Notes under the pieces: model-generated
The model's database searches: none
Seen by the model: only the letters and a program-made list of their open reading frames with translations
Told to the model about the DNA's origin: nothing
In this document: positions 60,213-64,000 of the stretch, one piece after another
How positions within the stretch are numbered: position 1 is the first letter of the stretch
How the letters are laid out: each line of letters starts with the position of its first letter
Assembly: GCA_030698695.1 (NCBI GenBank)
Contig: JAUYMR010000042.1
Span: 3,174-67,173, forward strand
DNA: 64,000 nucleotides
Source of the DNA: a bacterium
Lineage (GTDB): Bacteria > Patescibacteriota > Minisyncoccia > UBA6257 > WO2-44-18
Direction: 5' to 3'
Translations under genes and position numbers: made by a program

Positions 60213-60761
60213 ATGATAGCAGACGAGGAAAATCTAATAAAACAAGCTCAAGGTGGCGATTCCGGCTCATTTGGAGAGCTTTACCACCATTATTCGCCAG
60301 CTATCTACCGCTTTGTACTGCTTAAGGTTAATCAACGCCAGATGGCGGAAGATTTAACCCATGATGTGTTTACAAACGCCTGGCAAAGTATTGGCCGCTA
60401 TACCCATCAGGGCTTTCCTTTTTCCAGTTGGCTATATCAGATAGCTCGCAATCGGGTTATAGATCATTACCGCACTCACAAGAAACAAACTAGCATAGAT
60501 TTATTGGATGAAGATGTTCTAAAAGAGCATGGCTTGGAAGAAATCAAATTAGATAATTCTTTGGATGTAAAGCGTGTTCGTAAGGCCATTACCGAGTTAA
60601 GCTCGGAACAGCAAGATGTGGTGTTGATGAGATTTATGGAAGATATGTCCCATCAAGAAATAGCCGCCGCGCTAGATAAAAGCGAAGGCGCCGTAAGACT
60701 GCTTCAACATCGCGCCATCAATAAACTCAAAAATTTATTCTCTAATGACAATGGAAGATAG
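60213..60761 (+). CDS. ECF-type RNA polymerase sigma factor
   Basis: Region 2 '..YRFVLLKVNQRQMAEDLTHDVFTNAW..' and region 4 '..QQDVVLMRFMEDMSHQEIAAAL..'. Confidence 0.88.
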   Translation: MIADEENLIKQAQGGDSGSFGELYHHYSPAIYRFVLLKVNQRQMAEDLTHDVFTNAWQSIGRYTHQGFPFSSWLYQIARNRVIDHYRTHKKQTSIDLLDEDVLKEHGLEEIKLDNSLDVKRVRKAITELSSEQQDVVLMRFMEDMSHQEIAAALDKSEGAVRLLQHRAINKLKNLFSNDNGR

Positions 60762-61146
60762 ACTAAACAAAGCATTGAAGCCGTTCAAAGCGATCAAACC
60801 AAGCGCTGATTTTATGCGCTATTCTAGGGCGGAAATTTTGGCTACCAAACAAAAATTTTTCTCCGCTCGCCGAAGTTGGCATTGGAACTTTTGGAGCAGT
60901 GTTAAATTCGCCAGCTCGTTAACCTTGGCAACTTTATTGGTTTTAATTGTAATTGGCGGCCTATCTTATTTCAATTTGAATTTAGCTCCGACTCTATTGA
61001 CCGAGTTGGATAAAGAAAGTCTTTTGAGAGAAGCCAATTCTTTAGATTTTCAGATTCATCTAAAAGAACTTAAATACTACGACGATTCCGCTAAAGAAGT
61101 GGCGGCATTATTAGACCAAGTAACTGAAAATGAAACAAATTTATAG
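60745..61146 (+). CDS. putative membrane anti-sigma factor
   Basis: 133 aa with one central TM helix. It overlaps the sigma gene by 17 nt and the downstream gene by 17 nt. Confidence 0.45.
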   Translation: MTMEDRLNKALKPFKAIKPSADFMRYSRAEILATKQKFFSARRSWHWNFWSSVKFASSLTLATLLVLIVIGGLSYFNLNLAPTLLTELDKESLLREANSLDFQIHLKELKYYDDSAKEVAALLDQVTENETNL

Positions 61147-61900
61147 TTCCAAACTTCGTATTTTGGGCATATTAATAATCGGGGTGTTTCTAATGCTCCC
61201 CTATTTTAAAGTTAACGCCCAGTCAGAAGCATTAAAATCCGCCCTTAAAGAAGTTACTGATATAAAAGACAGCAATATTGAAAGTCCGGAAAGTCGCGTA
61301 TCGGCTATACTAAAAATAATTGATCTTTCAAGATTGGAAGTTGAGGATCTTATCAAAAAACTATCTTCTTTAGAGAATCTGGACAAAAACTATAGCGATC
61401 TACGGGATAGTTTCTTGTCTATTCTTAGCGATTATCTAATTTATTTAGACAACGCGGAGATTGAAGCCAATAATCCCGAGCTATCTCCCGATGATTTAAA
61501 ATTATTAGCCAACAATCTCAAACAATGGCGAGACGCTAAATACAACAACACACTCAAAAAAACGGTTAACTTTATCTGGGTATTAAGAGAGGCCGACTTG
61601 TTAGATACCGCCCATAATAGATTGGATAAAATTTCTACTGATCTGAAAAAAGCTAAAAATTCTCGCTTCATTAAAATTGCCGATCTTATGCCACCCTTAG
61701 AAAAAGCCACTACCCTATTGAAAGAGGCGAAGATGTCAAGCAAATTAGCTCACGAATTATTGTTCGCTACCACCACTCCAGAAAATTATAAATCTTCAAC
61801 TTTAGACGACGTCGTTGAAGAAACTCTTAGTAAAATAAAATCTGCTTATCAAGAATTTTTCAAAATGAATTCCTTAATAAAAGAAATGCTCGGCCTGTAG
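61130..61900 (+). CDS. secreted coiled-coil protein, third gene of the ECF operon
   Basis: Signal peptide '..ILGILIIGVFLMLPYFKVNAQS', then a helical body. Confidence 0.45.
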   Translation: MKQIYSSKLRILGILIIGVFLMLPYFKVNAQSEALKSALKEVTDIKDSNIESPESRVSAILKIIDLSRLEVEDLIKKLSSLENLDKNYSDLRDSFLSILSDYLIYLDNAEIEANNPELSPDDLKLLANNLKQWRDAKYNNTLKKTVNFIWVLREADLLDTAHNRLDKISTDLKKAKNSRFIKIADLMPPLEKATTLLKEAKMSSKLAHELLFATTTPENYKSSTLDDVVEETLSKIKSAYQEFFKMNSLIKEMLGL

Positions 61901-61911
61901 TCGGCCGATCA

Positions 61912-61975
61912 GTTGGTTAGTTGCCTAGTTACTTAGTTTTAAAACCAAGTAACCAAGTAACCAACTAACTCAGAA
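61912..61975. terminator. long imperfect AT-rich palindrome between convergent genes
   Basis: cagttggttagttgcctagttacttagtttt / aaaaccaagtaaccaagtaaccaactaactcag. Confidence 0.45.
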
Positions 61976-61982
61976 CTGGTCT

Positions 61983-62258
61983 CTATTTCACTGCCTCCTT
62001 CAAGGCCTTAGCGGCTTTGAATTTCGGCTTGATAGAAGCCTTGATTTGAATTTTTTCTCCAGTTTTTGGATTGACGCCCATACGAGCTGCGCTTTTAGCA
62101 ACGCGAAAAGTGCCAAAGCCAGCTATAGCGACCTCCTCACCGCGACCCAAAGATTTGGTAATGGTGTCAAAAACAGCTTCTACCGCTTCCTGAGATTGTT
62201 TTTTAGTACCTAGATTGGCGGCCTTCATAGCGGCGGCCATTAAATCATCTTTTTTCAT
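61983..62258 (-). CDS. hup: DNA-binding protein HU
   Basis: '..AIAGFGTFRVAKSAARMGVNPKTGEKIQIKASIKPKFKAAKALK' is the HU/IHF fold in 91 aa. Confidence 0.9.
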   Translation of the reverse strand: MKKDDLMAAAMKAANLGTKKQSQEAVEAVFDTITKSLGRGEEVAIAGFGTFRVAKSAARMGVNPKTGEKIQIKASIKPKFKAAKALKEAVK

Positions 62259-62476
62259 AGATTAGCGTAACGTAAAATGTTGATCGAGACATGGGATAAT
62301 TTCCATACATGTCACTCATCACATTAAACATTTGACTATTTATCCCGACCTTTTCAATAAATCTTATTATACTATCAGCTATTATTCTATGTCCATTTTT
62401 CAATGTCTAATGAGCCCTGTGTTTAATGTATTCCTATCTACCGCGCATCACTATATTCTCACAGACATCTATTACG

Positions 62477-63967
62477 CTATTTAGCATATTCTACAGCCCT
62501 CATCTCTCTAATAACATTGACTTTAATTTCGCCGGGATATTTTAATTCCGATTGTATCTTAGTCGCGATATTTTTAGCTAATTGCAAAGCGCCAAAGTCA
62601 TCAATTTTCTCCGGTGTGACGAATATTCTGATTTCTCGTCCAGCGGAAAGAGCGTAAGCATTTTTCACGCCCTCAAAACCAATGGCTATTTTTTCCAGGT
62701 CTTGCAAGCGTTTAAGATAGTTTTCTATTGAATCGCGACGCGCTCCCGGACGAGCCGCGGAAATAACATCGGCTGCGGCCACAATGTAAGATTCCGGAGT
62801 AGCATATGGATATTCTTCATGATGCGATTGCATGGCTTCTATAACATTTTGATTGATGCCGTATTTACTTAAAATCTTACGCCCCAATTCAACATGAGTG
62901 CCCTCAACTTCATGACTAATGGCCTTGCCAATATCGTGAAGAAGCGCCCCCTTCTTGGTTACTTCAACATTGGCCCCTAATTCCGAAGCTATCATGCCGG
63001 AAATGTGAGTCATCTCAATAGAATGAGTTAATACATTTTGGCCATAACTGGTTCTAAAATGCAGTCGTCCCAATAATTGAATAATTTCCTTTGGTAAATC
63101 TACTATACCGACTTCAAAAGCGGCCTGCTCCCCTATTTCATACATGCGCTTATTCATATCCTGCCTAGCTTCTTCAACTTTCTCCTCAATTTTAGCCGGT
63201 TGGAATCTTCCGTCCTTGACCAATTTTTCCAAAGCCAATTTAGCGATCTCTCTTCGTAATGGATCAAAAGAAGAAATAACCACGTTTTCCGGACTTTCAT
63301 CAACAATAATCTCTACTCCAGCCGCGCGCTCTAAAGCTCGTATATTGCGTCCCTCGCGACCGATAATTTTGCCCTTAAGATCCTCATTGGGCAAATTAAA
63401 AACACTAGTGGTTAATTCCGACACATTTGATCGCGCATAACGTTGGATAGCTGTGGTAATTATATCTAAACTTTTTTTCTCCACCTCTTCCCTCTTTTCC
63501 TTTTCCAATCTTTGCACGGCATTAACTAAATCATTTTTATAACTCTCTTCCACTTCTTTCAATAATTTTTTCTTAGCATCGTCAACGCTTAAATTGGCTA
63601 TCTTCTCTAAATCGGCCAGAGCTTTTTTCTGCAATTGCTCTACTTCGGACTTAACGGCGCCAACTCTGACTTCCGATTGCTCTAATTTACTCTCACGCTC
63701 CAACAAAGTTTGAGAACGCTTCTCGGTCATTTCTTCTTTTTTAAGAATCCTCTCTTCTAATTTTTCCAACTGGGCCTTATGCTCTCGCTCCTCCTTGCGA
63801 GTATTTTCAACCAAAGTCGCCGCCTCATCTTTGGCTTTTTGAATAATAATATTAGCCTGATTTTCGGCCGATGCCGCTCTCTTAGAAGCGAGCGATTGAC
63901 GAATAAAATAACCTGCTACGATACCCAAAACTAGAGCCCCCGCGGCCCACGGAATTATTGCTGACAT
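62477..63967 (-). CDS. rny: ribonuclease Y
   Basis: N-terminal TM helix, a coiled coil, a KH domain and an HD domain (..LLHDIGKA..), 496 aa. Confidence 0.92.
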   Translation of the reverse strand: MSAIIPWAAGALVLGIVAGYFIRQSLASKRAASAENQANIIIQKAKDEAATLVENTRKEEREHKAQLEKLEERILKKEEMTEKRSQTLLERESKLEQSEVRVGAVKSEVEQLQKKALADLEKIANLSVDDAKKKLLKEVEESYKNDLVNAVQRLEKEKREEVEKKSLDIITTAIQRYARSNVSELTTSVFNLPNEDLKGKIIGREGRNIRALERAAGVEIIVDESPENVVISSFDPLRREIAKLALEKLVKDGRFQPAKIEEKVEEARQDMNKRMYEIGEQAAFEVGIVDLPKEIIQLLGRLHFRTSYGQNVLTHSIEMTHISGMIASELGANVEVTKKGALLHDIGKAISHEVEGTHVELGRKILSKYGINQNVIEAMQSHHEEYPYATPESYIVAAADVISAARPGARRDSIENYLKRLQDLEKIAIGFEGVKNAYALSAGREIRIFVTPEKIDDFGALQLAKNIATKIQSELKYPGEIKVNVIREMRAVEYAK

Positions 63968-64000
63968 ATGATATGTTCGCTAAATTCTTCATTTTTAGAA

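Overview
This is a gene-dense (about 90% coding) AT-rich bacterial window, mostly transcribed on the minus strand, with one sharply GC-rich stretch. I infer a small-genome, possibly CPR/Patescibacteria-like organism; this is not established. I call about 55 protein genes and 8 tRNAs. Clear calls include groES-groEL behind a near-consensus CIRCE operator, a complete type IV pilus machinery next to comFC, gatCA, ligA, rny, hup, tdk, tpiA, gpmI and pgi. Three loci look unusual. First, an eight-gene co-directional locus (10159-19897) encodes an E1-like ThiF protein, a Leu/Phe-type amino-acid dehydrogenase, a PaaK-like adenylating enzyme, a tandem nitroreductase and an a/b-hydrolase, bracketed by two sensor kinases and a receiver-only regulator. 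It is a candidate undescribed small-molecule or peptide-modification system. Second, a 2049-aa secreted giant protein with LVIVD beta-propeller repeats and phage-tail-fibre-like repeats abuts the pilus locus. Third, a high-GC SDR oxidoreductase insertion flanked by 20-bp perfect inverted repeats lies next to a tRNA-Pro/Arg pair. I also note a tandem ThyX-like fusion, two ECF sigma/anti-sigma operons (one with a textbook GGAAC-N16-CGTT promoter) and several structured intergenic hairpins.
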